Source of the DNA: Veleropilina oligotropha | Lineage: Eukaryota | Direction: 5' to 3' | DNA length: 64,000 nucleotides | NCBI GenBank assembly: GCA_048128005.1 | Contig: JBEUKZ010000092.1 | Span: 124,001-188,000, forward strand | Shown: positions 1-13,790 of the stretch, in pieces | How the letters are laid out: every line of letters begins with the position of its first letter | Position numbering within the stretch: the first letter of the stretch is position 1 | Made by a program: the position numbers and the translations under genes | Notes under the pieces: generated by a model | Seen by the model: the letters and a program-made list of their open reading frames with translations, nothing else | Database searches by the model: none | Told to the model about the DNA's origin: nothing

Positions 1-1195
1 ACCTCGAAATCAATTCCAATAATCTCTACCATGTTGTTGTTTTATGGCCGCTGTTATAAATGTTTCCACTATCGCCGCCATAATGTCAGCATTAAAAATA
101 TTGGCGGCAATCACGTTATGACATTATAGTAAATAATACGTAGTAAAACAAAGAAGTGCGCTCGACCTTTAGTGACACGCATTTCTATTGGCTGTTCTAA
201 TTTCATCCAATCGCATTTCAATATGGCTTTTGACACACGTGTATTACGTCGCATAATACACGGTGTTGCACTATGGGAAAATGACCAAGATATGTGATAA
301 ATTAATAAATCACTGTATCACGTCTTAGTCGTTTTCCCATAGCCTAGTGCAACACAGTGTTTGATTCGTCGTAATAGACGTGTGATTATAAGCATAAAAG
401 CCTTCTTGAAATGTAATTGGCTGATTACAAAGAGAACTATGAAAACGCAGATGATGAAACGTCATCCGAAACATTACCTTATATAGAAATGATTCTGAGC
501 AAGCTCAATTCAAAACGTAATCGACGATATCGCGTCGCACATAGATGTTCGGATTACCATTGTAAATTATAAGCACAAATAGTATTCAATATTCTACTTT
601 ATTTAGATAACATATACAGTTTTAACATTTTATCTTCACATATTTGCTTTTTAATCTTTAATATGTACTTCTACAAGCACGTAAACATTGTATTTCGTAA
701 CAAATTTAACTATTTTTTGTACTCGTGAGTATGACGTCATTCCATGTACAATGCGCCGTAGTGTCACAGTCGCTACTTTCTGTAAATAGCGAAGTTGTGA
801 CTTTTTTAATTAATTTTATCAAAAACAGACTTGATAAATAGAACATCTCACTCGTGGTAGAGTATTATCACATTTATGAAACTCGTTTAATTAATATTAG
901 TTAAACTCGTTACATAAATGTGATATTACGCTACACTCGTGTAATATCTTCTATATACAAAATACATTCTGGTCAACATATTGCATTCAAACGAAGGGAT
1001 CGCACCAGTGGCAGAATGGGTTAATGCGTTCCTCTAAATTCACTATTACTGATTCCACAACAGCGCGTTCCGATTCTCTTCTAGATACATGGTCGGCGAT
1101 AATATAGTCATGTCATGGTATGGCCTGGAAGAAAGTTAAATGGGGCATCAAGCATCGATATTAACCAAATTAAGAGCACATAAACTGTAACGTAC

Positions 1196-4100
1196 CCTTG
1201 CTGTGGCATCATAAAGCATGTCGTTCATTAATGGTACACCGAAACTATTCAGAGAAAAGTTTCCTGTAATATATCAATTAATCTATTATCATTGTTGGCT
1301 ATTAAGTGTATGAACTAATTTGATGACGATACCAAAACCTACTAGTAGTCCATTGATCGACGACGGGAAATTAACCATTATATTTTGTACATGATATATA
1401 TAATAACTACATCTTCCTCAACGAATTATGTTACTCGTTGCTTAAATGCTTGAAATGCGTTTACAATATGACGGTTTAACTTTCTGAACGATGTATCGTA
1501 GGCTACTATTCACTATTTCATCATCAATTAAACTCTGTCTTAACTTAACACAAACTCAAGATTATCAACAGGCAAAATTGTTTTAAAAGAAGTGCAAAAA
1601 CGCGTCCAATGTACTTGCGATGTAATATATTTTCTCAGGCTCAGGAATAGGATCGTACTACGAAATTGAAATTGAATGAAGTACTGTATTTGGTATATGT
1701 CGAATTGAATACTAGCAGAACTTTCGTCAGCTTAATGCCAATAGTACAACTCACCATCCACCGATTTATCAATATTTACGTAGGCTATAGCACGAGTATC
1801 CAAATTCTTGGCATATTCCTACAAAAAATGCAGAGGGATCGATTAGTCGACGGTTATTAAATTTATACAATATCCATATACACACAAATCGATAATATAT
1901 TGCCTGAAATTGATGAATACATAGTACTATTTGTGGATCCAATAGACAAAACATTATCAATACTCTGTAATATTTAAACAGTGATATATTCATTGATCTC
2001 CTCAATCTAGTTTGCGCAAACCTGATAAAATATATAGTATCTAGAGTAACGATTTAATTGTACATTTATTCACCGACAACGTTATGTGGATATTGTTGAG
2101 GGTACCAATGTATTATCTCTAATATATGTGACATCGAACATATATTAAGGTGATATGAAACCGTGGCCTCTTCCATCGAAAGGAGCCACCTTGTGAAGTC
2201 CTTTGTTAAGGCCAATTGCTGTGAGCGACACGAGTTTATCACAATGCTGGAGCATTTACAGGGACCACTCTGTTATGATTGTAGTTAAAGTTAGGATGAA
2301 CTCGCTGCACTTCTTGCATAATTCAAACTTCTATTATCAATACACGTGGATGTGGATTCATTTGAATCGTTTTATCCTTTTTGCCTGACCTCATATTTTA
2401 AAAGAGATTCGGAGAAAAATGCATATATCTATACCAATATATTTATCATTATAAGTGACATAATATTTGTCGACGAAACAGTACCAAATTCTATTGCTAT
2501 TAACTTTAAAACTATCCTACATTCATACGCATGCATTTCTTCACGTTTACTCCCCCCCCCCCCCAATGTACGACTTTCCATACCGATGAAGACGGTATCC
2601 TCGCTTTTATTACAAGGGATAACGTTTTGCCTCACTTTGGGTCAAGAGAGGTTAATGGCTCTGTTTAATACGTTTTGTTAGTAAATTACTGCCTATCTAA
2701 GCATATCATATGCTTATTAATATCAATAAATATCAATAGAATAATGGAAGATAATGGTCGATACTACTTGTCTTCGAAATAACTGCAAAATATCTTACAA
2801 TTGCTGTCCGCCGCAGAACCCTGGTCCGAGATTATACGGAACGTTGAGACCGCCCCTCCAAGACTCTGGTGCTTGCTCTCCTCCCATGACGCTAAAAAGA
2901 TAGAAAATTTGGTAAGCGAAGCGATCTTACGAGATGATAATTATTAACACAATATTACAAAGGAATATTGATAACCAACACAATGCATACGTGCAACGTC
3001 CTTAGCTATGACATACTAAATATTAATGTGCAAAGGTGGATTAGACAACTGTAGATACAATAATTATTAATAATATCCGTTCGCCCAAAAAATAAAAAAA
3101 CGCAAATTACATATTCAAGCCAGATACAGATCGATTTTTCGTCCGCGACTAATAATCTGATCATGTCCGATGATATCCGGCATTATTTAGCATTGCGATA
3201 GATTGAAATGCAGACCATCCCTGATAAGATCAGAAAAATAATTGTGCTGTTTCCTACGAAATATAGGTTAGTGTGCTACTGGCTTTACCAACACATTCAT
3301 TTAGATGCACACACAATCACATTTCAAGGAACTCTGTACCGTCGCGGAGCGGTTATGACTCACTCTAATAACTTTTCGTCAATGTCGTAGCCAATCGGAT
3401 GAGCAGGAATACTCGGAAGACCTGCCTTGCTTTCCGAAACAAGATAGGCAGTACCTAGGACATGACAAGTATATAAATGTGGATAGGATACCTTAGGTTG
3501 CTGATGAAAGCAACTTTGTAGATGAAATTCCAAAGTCTTTTTATTTCTATTTCCACATAGATTTACGACAAAAATTCCAATAAGAATAGAAATAATTGGT
3601 CGCTTTCGCTTTCTATATATTTTTTTAAATATTCAGAAGTCATATAACATTTGGGAAATTTAGAAGGGATAAATTGTGGATATCTTGTTTTGCAATCAGA
3701 ATGGGAAAAGAGCGTTGTACCCAATTCACTGTTACTGACTGTGCTAGTGACAATTATAGTATGTGACTTTACGAACCACGTAGACTCAATGTATTACCGA
3801 CTGTTTCCTCACGATTATTGGGAAAATATGATAAACGAGAAGATAAATATGCGTTCTAGGTTTTCTTGACGAGAACACCAAAACTGAAAATACATGACTG
3901 GATAAAGCATCAACATGGAAATCTTATTGGATATTACGGGGAATTGGGATCCTTTACTATATATTCATCAATTCAAACAAGACCTACCCCGGCCCCGAAA
4001 GTTATTGCATTGTCAAAGACAATACATCCAAATACAAGGCCAAATTTAAGCTATTAGCACATAACTTCGTTAAATAATGCGTCAAATATATAATATATGT

Positions 4101-7100
4101 TTTAATCAACCCAATATGAACTGTAAAGCAGAATGTGCCCATATGCTCACTTGTCGCCGGATAACCCGGGGTCAGGGGATCTCCGTCTCACGTGACAAGT
4201 GTGCCTCGCTGGGCACCAGACCCTGGCAACCACCAGTCGTCGGGGTAGACCTTGGGGTCATCGCCAGCAGTGAAGTCAGCAGGGTCGCTGAAGATAATAA
4301 TCCCGATTGCGCCATAACGCTCGGCTTGTTTGACCTGCAACATAAATGGTTTGGTTCGATGCGTAATGTCACGTATCTAACAAACTTCGGGTTAATACCA
4401 GGACATACTACCTCGTGAGGTAAACCCCGTCAGCCTGGGAAATCTCCCTCATTAAACATTTATGACCAATGTGAACTGAACAAAGACCCGGCGGATGGTT
4501 CGAACCCACTTGTGATAGACAGAGTGTTCAAGTCTCAGCTCTCTTCTTCACTCGGCTACAGGTGCGGTCTATACTGAGTCGAACATTAGAAAAGTCATAT
4601 GAAGGGAGAATTGTAAAGCATTGTCCCAGGCCAAAAATTGGGACGATAAATCCATAGCGCCTTCACGGGAAATGTATATTGAAGTGACTCCGGTCGAAAT
4701 TTTATCTATTGCAATTCTATCTAAAAATATTGTATTGCTGATAAAAATGGTATATTGCCGATTTCGAATGCCTATTCATGGCCGTACATTATTTAGACAT
4801 ATAAGTTCTCAATGTCATGAACATGATGCAATATGTAATGCATATTATACTGGTAGTATTACTGAATTTCGAGTGAATCCACTGTTATGATTGAGAGACG
4901 TTAGTTGAGTAAATACCATTATATCCCATTTGAGAAACACTGTTTTGTTCATCCGTTGGACAAATATCACTATCAATTGCCCGTTGGTATAGAAATCGGA
5001 GAGCATCGGATATTTCCGTGAAGCAGGTGATGAGAAATGGGTTCCTAAGGTAGTGTAATGCTTGATTCGGTCGCAGCATGTGAATCAACAACGCTGTGCC
5101 AATGATACGTTGTATACGCTATCTAAGGTTGGACACTTTGCTAGGAAAGTATGTCGTGTCGGAGATTAACGCCATGCGCCACACAACGTAGCGTATATAC
5201 CGCGACGCCACTCGACAACTTAACATGCCATTTTATGCCTTATCCAGACTAGGCAAATACTAGTATCCGGGTAAAATACCGCGATTTATCCGGGAGAGGT
5301 GTTCTCGTTAGAAAATATATCGCTTCATGAACCAGGACAAATTCTGCTTCAAAGCAGGTATTTTTCCGGAACAAACACCAACGTGCTTTTGAACAGCTTT
5401 CAGTCAATCCGGCAATATGACCCAAATATCTTGACCTTTTACAAATCTATGTTACAGTATATTGCGCATGTGTCAAATTACTGAGGCGATATATGCCGTG
5501 TCTGAAGTGGGAATAATAAATACCAACGTGAAACCAATTGTCACTAAGACACGTGATAATACATATGTAACGAGGAGGAGGAATGATGCTTAATGTCCTG
5601 TATATTTACAACATCGAGGTTCAAGGCAGGACATGTCCGTGTTATCGCGGGAAGAAACCCCGGTCGCCCGGGTAAACCCGCCCTCTTCGGCCAGTCACGG
5701 ACAACTGTGATTCATAACTTGAACAAATTTCAATGCCTCAGCCAGGTATTGAACCCACTACTGTTCGCATTAGCGGAATCAAGCCAGTGAATATTAGAGT
5801 GGACACTCTACCCACTGCGCTGCCGAAGCATATATGTAACAGCTTCAGTCTGAACACCAATCCCGCGATAATACCGATATAACGTTTTCCCGCATCTTTA
5901 CCGGAAGACAATATTATTGTAAACGTAATAAATCTATGCGAAGCCATGATACCTTATCTCCTCGAAATATTTTCCCATAGCGAGCGATCACGATCTTTCC
6001 CGTAACATCAATGGAGGCATTATTTTTTATCCAATAAAAGTCTTCGGCTCTTGCATAATTCACGTACACCATTTCTCCCTGAAAAAAGTACAAAACACAT
6101 GTTATATATACTTAAACTAAATGATGACAGGTTTAGATATAAAGAAGCCAATATAACGATTTCTTTCACCTAGCGTTCTCAGGTTGATCAGAAGTTGATC
6201 ACGTCGCCACACACCAATAAATTTCATAAATCATGGCTGACGTAATGCATAATTTTTACAATCATCAATGCCATATTTTACAACCAAAGTCTACGAATTG
6301 TTTTCATGTTTCATGTCTGGTCTCTCTTATCATCTAATTAATAACTGCACTGAATGCTTTGTAATGAAAACCAGCGCGCATTATCGCACGAATTTTATTG
6401 ACATGGAAGAAACCCACGCAATCTGTTCTGAAATATAAAATAACGAATTGGTGTAGAGTAATATAATTTACTTGGCAAAATCCCCACCCAGTACGTGCAT
6501 ACGCGAAGAGGCAACTTCGTAATGTTTTCGAGCCGTGATTTGTGCAGCAAAATCAGTACGAGTGAATTTTGGGGCAACGATGGAATCCACAAGGCTACCG
6601 GAACAGCATATGCACCTTTGAAAGTTGATTATATTGTGCATGGTTAGATATACACAAGATGTGAGTGCACAGCATTACAGCTATACTGTAGATGGATATG
6701 GAAGAAACTTTAAAATTTTAAATGATTAATACCTCAATTGTTCCTGGAGCAGAATAGGCATTGAACGGTGGAACAACGTTCGACTGATTTTCTCCTGGAG
6801 TCAAAATAGCTTCACTATCAGGAGACTCATAAAGGACCATCCGTTATCAGAAAAAATTGATACACGATTTGGCTTTTCTGGATCAGGGTAAGAGAGAAGA
6901 ATATTGTAAGGAATGAGAAATGTCTTATCAAGGCCGACTTCCTTCCAGAAATCTGTGAGCATTTTTGCTTGCTTATAATCTGCGGGGGTTCCTGCCAAAT
7001 GAGGATGCTCACTCAATATCCTGAAATATCAGAAGTTACAATACAAATGTAATCATATAATATCGTTAAAGAATTAGTCAATGAACAAACAAGCCAGATG

Positions 7101-7592
7101 CATGGCCAAATTTCATGCTATGTTGTTTAATAATTGCACGACAGAGCGTAATACTTACAAATCGTTTGAGTATAATTTCACTAGGTATTTTCAACTACGA
7201 GCGAATAGAGCCTACAGACGCAGGGAATATTTCTTAGACCAATATTTAAAGATGAACGACACAGAATCACATTATCTATTATTTCTATTATATGATCATA
7301 CAGATTCATCATTATATAATAATTAATATACTATTTTCTGCTGTTCGACTTCGTGCCTGAGATTTTCTCTGAGATTGTCCGCTTTTATCGCATCTATAAG
7401 CAACCCTGATATTTCCAAGTCTGCGTCCTTCATGAGCGCTTCGTATGGATTTGGTAGGCTTTCATGACACGTAGCGAAGCGCCCGATTAATAAACCTATA
7501 GCCAACCCGACGACCAACGTCACACCGGCTGCTATGAGCGTTTTTCGGCCACTTCCTTTTGAATACCCATCCGCCATTTTAAAACGCGCCAT
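1196..7592 (-). pseudogene. Glutamate carboxypeptidase II/NAALADase-like (M28B) paralogue, probably pseudogenised; continues beyond window start
   Basis: Exons traced by homology to the upstream paralogue: 7592-7357 (TM anchor, DNLRENLR), 7020-6733 (HPHLAGT...PPFNAYS), 6078-5953 (YVNYAR...[10 protein letters not shown]), 4334-4151 (SDPAD..QRGT..GDPLTPGYP), 3454-3364, 2891-2799, 1263-1196. Lesions: GC donor at 7356-7355, 1-nt frameshift near 6841, in-frame TGA at 4190-4188. Catalytic exons 7-10 were not found. Confidence 0.85.
5573..5828 (-). mobile_element. tRNA-derived SINE (same family as 9014-9246)
   Basis: Reverse-complement match along the whole length (cttaatgtcctgta...ttcaaggcaggacatgtcc...cccactgcgctgccgaagc). 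Confidence 0.85.
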
Positions 7593-9013
7593 TTCCAAGA
7601 TCTGTCGCAGTGACCTTCTTTAAGAAGCGTCTTGATTGCAATTTTTATTGCTATCAGATATAAGATCTAGGCTTATACGACCTGATGTTTGCCTACGATA
7701 ATGCCTTAAGATGACATGTTTATGAACACCGTCTGGGCCATCAGTTTTACATTTCCCGTTTAGTATTATACATGTAAACACGTCAAAGCTGATGCACAAT
7801 GTCCTACTATTGTATACTAAGAAATATTGCTTCCTACATGAGGGGCTCGCCTATAACTTTTATTTGTCACTTGAGCACATGTATGTAAATATGTATTTTG
7901 CGTACCTTCGGTGGTTCAACGAACACACACCGGTTGTGAAAATAATTACCGCTTGAAACGCAGAGATTAGTTCGGTGTCTGGTTTATTAGTACTTAATTA
8001 TTATGTCTTAGCTATAAACAGCCCTGTTCACAATTCGAGTTTAGAATATTTGCAAAAGCTCAACTTTAATACTTGTGTAATCATCTCATGTGTTATTGCG
8101 ATCAGACGCCTCCCTCGGTATTACTGTGCATGCACAAGGTGCCATTGGAATCGGTATTTTGAAAAGAGGGTCCAACTTTTCCGAAATATATTACCAACTG
8201 CCATTCTCCTGCATTCTGGCAATGCAAACGCGATATATCTTACCAACATTTATGAACCATTTTCACCAAACTGTATGAGTATATTTTTATTTGTATCACA
8301 AAGGTGTCGTTTGCACCTCTGACATATATGTTTGTCTGATCGGATATGACGTTAAATCCGTGATCCTGATTGAGATATGACCGGGTAACTACTAAACGTG
8401 TCTTAAAACAAACAATGCAATCATCTAAGGGTTATCGGTATATTCTTATGGTATTATGGCATTTCTGCAAGACATATGCAACTTGTTATTTTCAGCGCAT
8501 GCGCAATCAACGTCGACATTAAAGGATTTGTGAACAGCGTATAAGTTCTGGCTGATAAAAATACCCAGGGGCGTGTACAGGAATTTGAGCAGGGGGGGTC
8601 CAATAAATTATTTATGATGGAGCCAGGTACGTGAGCGGCCGTAGGCCGCGAAGATTGAGCGGCCGTAGGCCGCGAATACCTAGGGGGGTTTGGGGGCATG
8701 CCCCCCCCAAGATTTTTTCATTTAGACGCCCTGAGAAGCGTTCTCCTGCATTCTAGGACACAAATCCACAATTTTTTTGTCTCAAAATTTCATGTTTGGG
8801 GAGTAGAAATTATTAAAACGTAAAAATATTCGATAATATTAGTGCTCACCCGCATATTTTCCTGCAAAATATATATTTACTACGTAGGTCTACTTCGTTG
8901 GTGCAAAATATTAAACAATTGTCATATTTTGAAATTTATATACTAATACTGTAATAGTTATACAGAGTCCACATCAGTTCAGTGCCTGGTACGTAGTCAC
9001 TCCCATTATAATA

Positions 9014-9246
9014 GGGCCGCTTCGGTAGCGCAGTGGGTAGAGTGTCCACTATAAATTCACTGAACAGTAGTGGGATCGACCCCCGGCTGAGGCAGCACAC
9101 ATTTGTTCAAGTTATGAAGCACAGTTGGCCGAAGAGGGCGGGTTTACCCGGCGACCGGGGTTTCCTCCCGCGATAACACGGACATGGCCTGCCTTGAACC
9201 TCGATGTTAAAAACATACAGGACATTAAGCATAATTCCTCCTCCTC
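9014..9246 (+). mobile_element. tRNA-derived SINE nested in the hAT element
   Basis: A-box TAGCGCAGTGG, B-box-like GGGATCGACCCC, (CCT)n tail, TSD CCATTATAATA (9003-9013 / 9246-9256). Confidence 0.88.
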
Positions 9247-9694
9247 CATTATAATAGTAAAGTTAACCGGTTAAGAGTCTATAAATAACGAATTCTTTAA
9301 ACTAACATCCATGTACAATTTATTATTATAAAAGAAAATAAAACGTCATCTTCGCAAAATATGACTTGTGCATCATTACCGAACTTATACTAGGTGGGTC
9401 GGGAGGTTTTAAGAAATCTAACGGTAAACTTTACGATCATATTGTCAAACTGATTCAAATTTGTTACCATCAATCTAACATTCAATGCTACAATTATATT
9501 TCTTAACATCCTTAATGATTAGGGAGGTTAAGAAAAAGCCATTCAAATGTCAACATGAGTGAGCGAGTCGGACAGTCCTGATAACTCTTTACTGCCACAT
9601 TTACTATAAGACTAGAGCCCCTGCCGAGGACGGGTAGGATACGACCTATGGAGGGACGACTTTTTCTAGCAGCCTACTCGAACGCAGATTTGGC

Positions 9695-10790
9695 CTATTC
9701 ACACAAATTAGAAAAAAGTCTGCGTGGCTTCTTCAGAATAAACCGTTCTACAATGTCTTCAACGTTGATGTTTACTCTTCTGTATGTATTGAGTAACACT
9801 AGGGCACTGAGGCGTTCCTCTCTCATTGATGATCGCAAAGTCGTCTTTATGCGACGAACAGCAGAAAATGAACGTTCCGCTTCACAGCTGGTGACTGGTA
9901 TCAAACAACCAAGTTGGAGTAAAGTATGAAGATTTGGAAACAGGTCCTTCGGGCAACATTTAAGTGAAGTGAGGAGAGAATCGGGTGTGTTTTCCGAATC
10001 TATCCACCGCCCACGCCAGATCTCCAGCTCAGTCTGTAAACTAGCAAGACTATCAATATCCGGCTCATAATCAGAAAGTTTGTCCACAACTGTTGGGATC
10101 TCCTTCACGTCCATATTCACTATGACTGACGGTATCAAGGACATAAATCCTGAAATAACGGAGACGGATTGATCAGAGAATCGATCAGCTAGTTGGGTAT
10201 TGACATCATCGATGAAAGGTATCACTATCGCCCGTTTGAAATACTCCTTCGGATCATCAGCTAGGTGTGTTGCTCTGAAGACATTTGATCTCGCCCGGCG
10301 ACGCGTTTGTTCCTCTGCATCGAGTTGTCCGGCGATTTTCTTTATCTCTACATACCACCCATCGAATCTGTCATCAACTTCTGCTCTCATTCTACCCACG
10401 TCTTCCTTTACGGACGATAGCAACGAATACGCGGTCCGGACGTCAAGATCTCGCTGCTGCAACTTGATGGTAATTTCCCTTAATGGTGCCAAAACGTTCC
10501 TCAAAACAATGAGTGATACAATGGTCTCGAATTCCCTGAAGTTTGCAAGTATGCCTTGAGCCTTTGTCTTGGTTTCTCCATCCCAGCTCCATTTCTCTTC
10601 GATTAGGGCACAGATCTCTGCATCATTTTCGTAAAGATGGGGGTTGACAATAATGTCGCACGTGGTCATGAACATGGGGGCCATGTCAATGAAATTGTCA
10701 AAGGCCTGAAACCTTTCCACCCATCTTGTCTTACACAGACCTTTAAGTTTTTTCTGTCGTTGAAGATTCTGATTCTGGGAATCCCCATGA
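9695..10790 (-). pseudogene. hAT transposase C-terminal fragment (ZMYM1/P52rIPK-like group, hATC dimerisation domain)
   Basis: LCKTRWVER, LQQRDLD, FPNLHTLLQLGCLIPVTSCEAERSFSAVRRIKTTLRSSMREERLSALVLL; the N-terminal half is absent. Confidence 0.88.
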
Positions 10791-12769
10791 CATCAGGCGC
10801 GAAAATAAGTCGGCGGGATTTCAGTCACACAGGCCTACCTAACCGTCCGATCATGCCGTACGGGATGTTTGAGCGAATTTTGAAATTCTATGAGCTCAAA
10901 ATGCGGTTTCCAGGCATCTTGAGGTATGTACTTGAAGGAAAAAAATGTATGTTCTGCGTGAGCAGGGGGGGGGTCCGGACCCCCTAGACCCCCCCTGGAC
11001 ACGCCCCTGATACCCCCATGTCTTTAATTTTTCTGTTATTAGTTGCGACATTATTTACATTATTAATTAATGCAAACAAAGGGACTCTGACTGAAAGTTC
11101 CGGAATGTAGCGAATACAAATTAATGATGCTCACTCAAAATCCTGAAATATCATAAGTTAAAATACAAATGTAGTTATATCGTTAAAGAGTTAGTCAATG
11201 AACAAACAAACCAGAAAAAGCCATTGTTTCCCAATTAATCCCACACTGACTTGCTATGCATTTAACTCTTTGACGTTTCCCCTACCTATGACGTCATTAA
11301 CCTGAGAATGTGCATACTTTGGGCGCCGATAGTGTTTTCAACCAAAACAGTTTTGTCCAATTCTGCCTGTCGCGCAAATGTTTCACCGCATATAATTTAC
11401 ATTAAAGTGCAATAAAGCCAATTTCTCCTGCATTTTGGTTATTAATTCACAAAGTTACCGGTAAGATAAAATTTCACCTGTGTCAACCCTCATATTTAAC
11501 CCAACTGATAGACTAAATATATATTATTATATTGTTCCAATCATAGTCATAGAGAACATTAAGTCAAGCGGTCTTTTCAGAAATATTGCCACCCCAATAT
11601 TCACATCTACTTTTATAGTGTTGTCACTGTCCATTAACACGGAAAATATGTTAAGAATTTCATCGTATCATCCATTGTTTTGCTAGCACCATTTGGGAAT
11701 GACTGAGAAGCGTCGCGACCTTGACCCGTAATACCGATATTGGACAGTAATGGGTTGGAACTTCTTCCTTTTCCGATAATATTTCCGGATTTAATGTTGA
11801 GCATAATCGCATATGGGTAAAATGTTAAAATCATGTTGTGGTGAAGCTCACATCGAATAAAAACAGGATAGAAACAATGGCTGCCTATGGGTCTGGAACC
11901 GTCTGCAGGTGAGTATCACCGAGTCTGGGTGCTATAACAAACAAGAGCAATAAGAGATTGCAACCCTTGTCTATTACCATGCGATCTGGACAGAAGTCTC
12001 CAAGACGGATAGGTTTCTTGCTAGAATAGAAACAGTAATATCCAGATATGACATCATGTTACCCGGATCACCACAAAAACTAATCGATTGGTTCTTGGCA
12101 CAAGACCGATCCATTCACGAAATTTTCCCAAAATCCGTCCGTAACTTTCTTGAAATCTTGTTGACATCCTGTTGACAAACAAATAAACAAACACACCAAT
12201 AAATAAACTAACACGGTAAAAATGTAACGTCCTTGGTGGAATTAATAATAAAATGGTAGTCAGGTTCTCGTATTAAGTATCTCTGACAAGAAACCAAGAA
12301 CAAGTTCGGATTTAAAATACTTGTTGAAATTACATTAAATCGAATATAATGTTCGTTGGTTTTGAAGTTTAACGACAATTGTTCAACATTAATTCTGTAA
12401 TATCGCATTCGGAAAGCCGGTTTTATGTCTATATTCGATCAGACGGGCGCTGTATCCAGTGGAGACGGAGTTTTAATGGGAAACGGCGGAGCACAGACCT
12501 GGCTGGATCCCATAACTCTTAGCTTCGAAAATCATCCTCGCATCCATCGAAATCGGCCATGCCGTCATTTTATTTTGATGTTCGTGATCCAATGATGCAT
12601 TTATAAAAACATATTATGCATTTTGGGGGCAAATTGGTTAAATAAGGCACAATTTTAAATGCATTTTGTGCAACCTTTCTCAAATGAAAAAAAAAAGACC
12701 AAATTCTTTTTACGAGTAAGTTATAACATTTATACGTACTATATTTTGTACCGACCTCTCCGGTTGCAG

Positions 12770-12975
12770 ACTCCGACTATCACTGGATTGATTTCGCTTA
12801 CGCAAACAGTAGTGGGTTCGAATTCCGTTTGGGAAATGACATTATTTGTTCAGTTACGAATCACAGTTGTCCGCAGTGAGGTCGGATTTTCCCCGGGCCT
12901 TCCTCCCTCGAAAATATGGACATATCCTGCTTTGAACCTAATAGTTGGAAATATACAAGACAGTAAGAATCGATC
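12770..12975 (+). mobile_element. tRNA-derived SINE, diverged copy
   Basis: GGGTTCGAATTCC B-box; ...cctgctttgaacctaatagttggaaatatacaagac 3' part. Confidence 0.7.
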
Positions 12976-13207
12976 CTGTCCCTTCCTGTAGACTTCGTAT
13001 CTGAGATTTTCCCGTATTTCATCTGCGCTGATTTAATCCCTAAATATTTAGGATATAACAGGATCCGCGTCTCTGACATACGCATTATCCGCAAGACGCG
13101 AATATTCCAACTAACAAACCATCGCTAAGCCCCCAATACATTTAGAAATTCCAATTATGATTAATGTCTTCCTAGCAACACCACAATAATGATTTATCTC
13201 AACTGTG

Positions 13208-13790
13208 GAGAGAGGAATGATGCTTAATGTCCTGTATATTTACAGCATCGAGGTTCAAGGCAGGACATGTCCGTGTCATCGCGGGAGGAAACCCCGGTCG
13301 CCCGGGTAAACCGGTGAACTAAAGCCCCGTTTACACTACCAAGTATAATGCGCATTAAAATAAATCGGTTTGGAACCGGTTTATAATAATCCGGCTTAAA
13401 TTGCGTTTAGACATAAATAAGGATTATTTCTGTGGGTGTTATCACCTTGTAATCGGAGGTCGGCGAGAGGCATGTTTTGCCGAAGTGCCTAAATAAACAT
13501 TGCTCAACAGGTCGAATCATGTACAGGCATACGACTCAAATGGAGGCTAACCGGTTTGAAGTCAGTTGGCGCGTTTACATTACAAACTGGATCGGATTAA
13601 AATTCTCAAGCCGGCTTCAAACCACATCAGGAGGTGGTTCTTTTTAAGCGGGTTCAAGTCGACTTATTTGCGTTTAGACACGCAAATATAATGCGCATTA
13701 TTTTAAACCGGCTTCAAACCGGCTTATATTTGGTAATGTAAACGGGGCTTTAGAGTGGACACTCTACCCACTGCGCTGCCGAAGCGGCCC
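13208..13790 (-). mobile_element. SINE copy split by a MITE
   Basis: SINE 3' part at 13208-13315 and 5' part at 13752-13790; TSD TCTCAACTGTG (13197-13207 / 13791-13801). Confidence 0.85.
13323..13749. mobile_element. PIF/Harbinger-like MITE inserted in the SINE
   Basis: TIR AGCCCCGTTTACACTACCA / TGGTAATGTAAACGGGGCT, flanked by TAA and TTA; internal aaccgg(t/c)tt repeats. Confidence 0.8.

Larger units (their letters stand above)
8566..11009 (-). mobile_element. hAT DNA transposon, internally deleted
   Basis: TIRs CAGGGGCGTGTACAGG / CCTGGACACGCCCCTG; ATACC on both flanks; contains the C-terminal half of a transposase and a nested SINE. Confidence 0.9.

Noticed and set aside
1600..2700. Short ORFs in the segment where exons 7-10 would be expected
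   Set aside because: No recognisable motifs in any frame I read.
4188..4190. In-frame TGA as possible selenocysteine or readthrough
   Set aside because: Not a Cys position in the family, and the same gene has a frameshift; pseudogenisation is simpler.
9014..9090. tRNA-like A/B boxes here and in other copies (about 1000, 4500, 14320, 17480, 27735, 33100)
   Set aside because: These are SINE heads without a complete cloverleaf, not tRNA genes.
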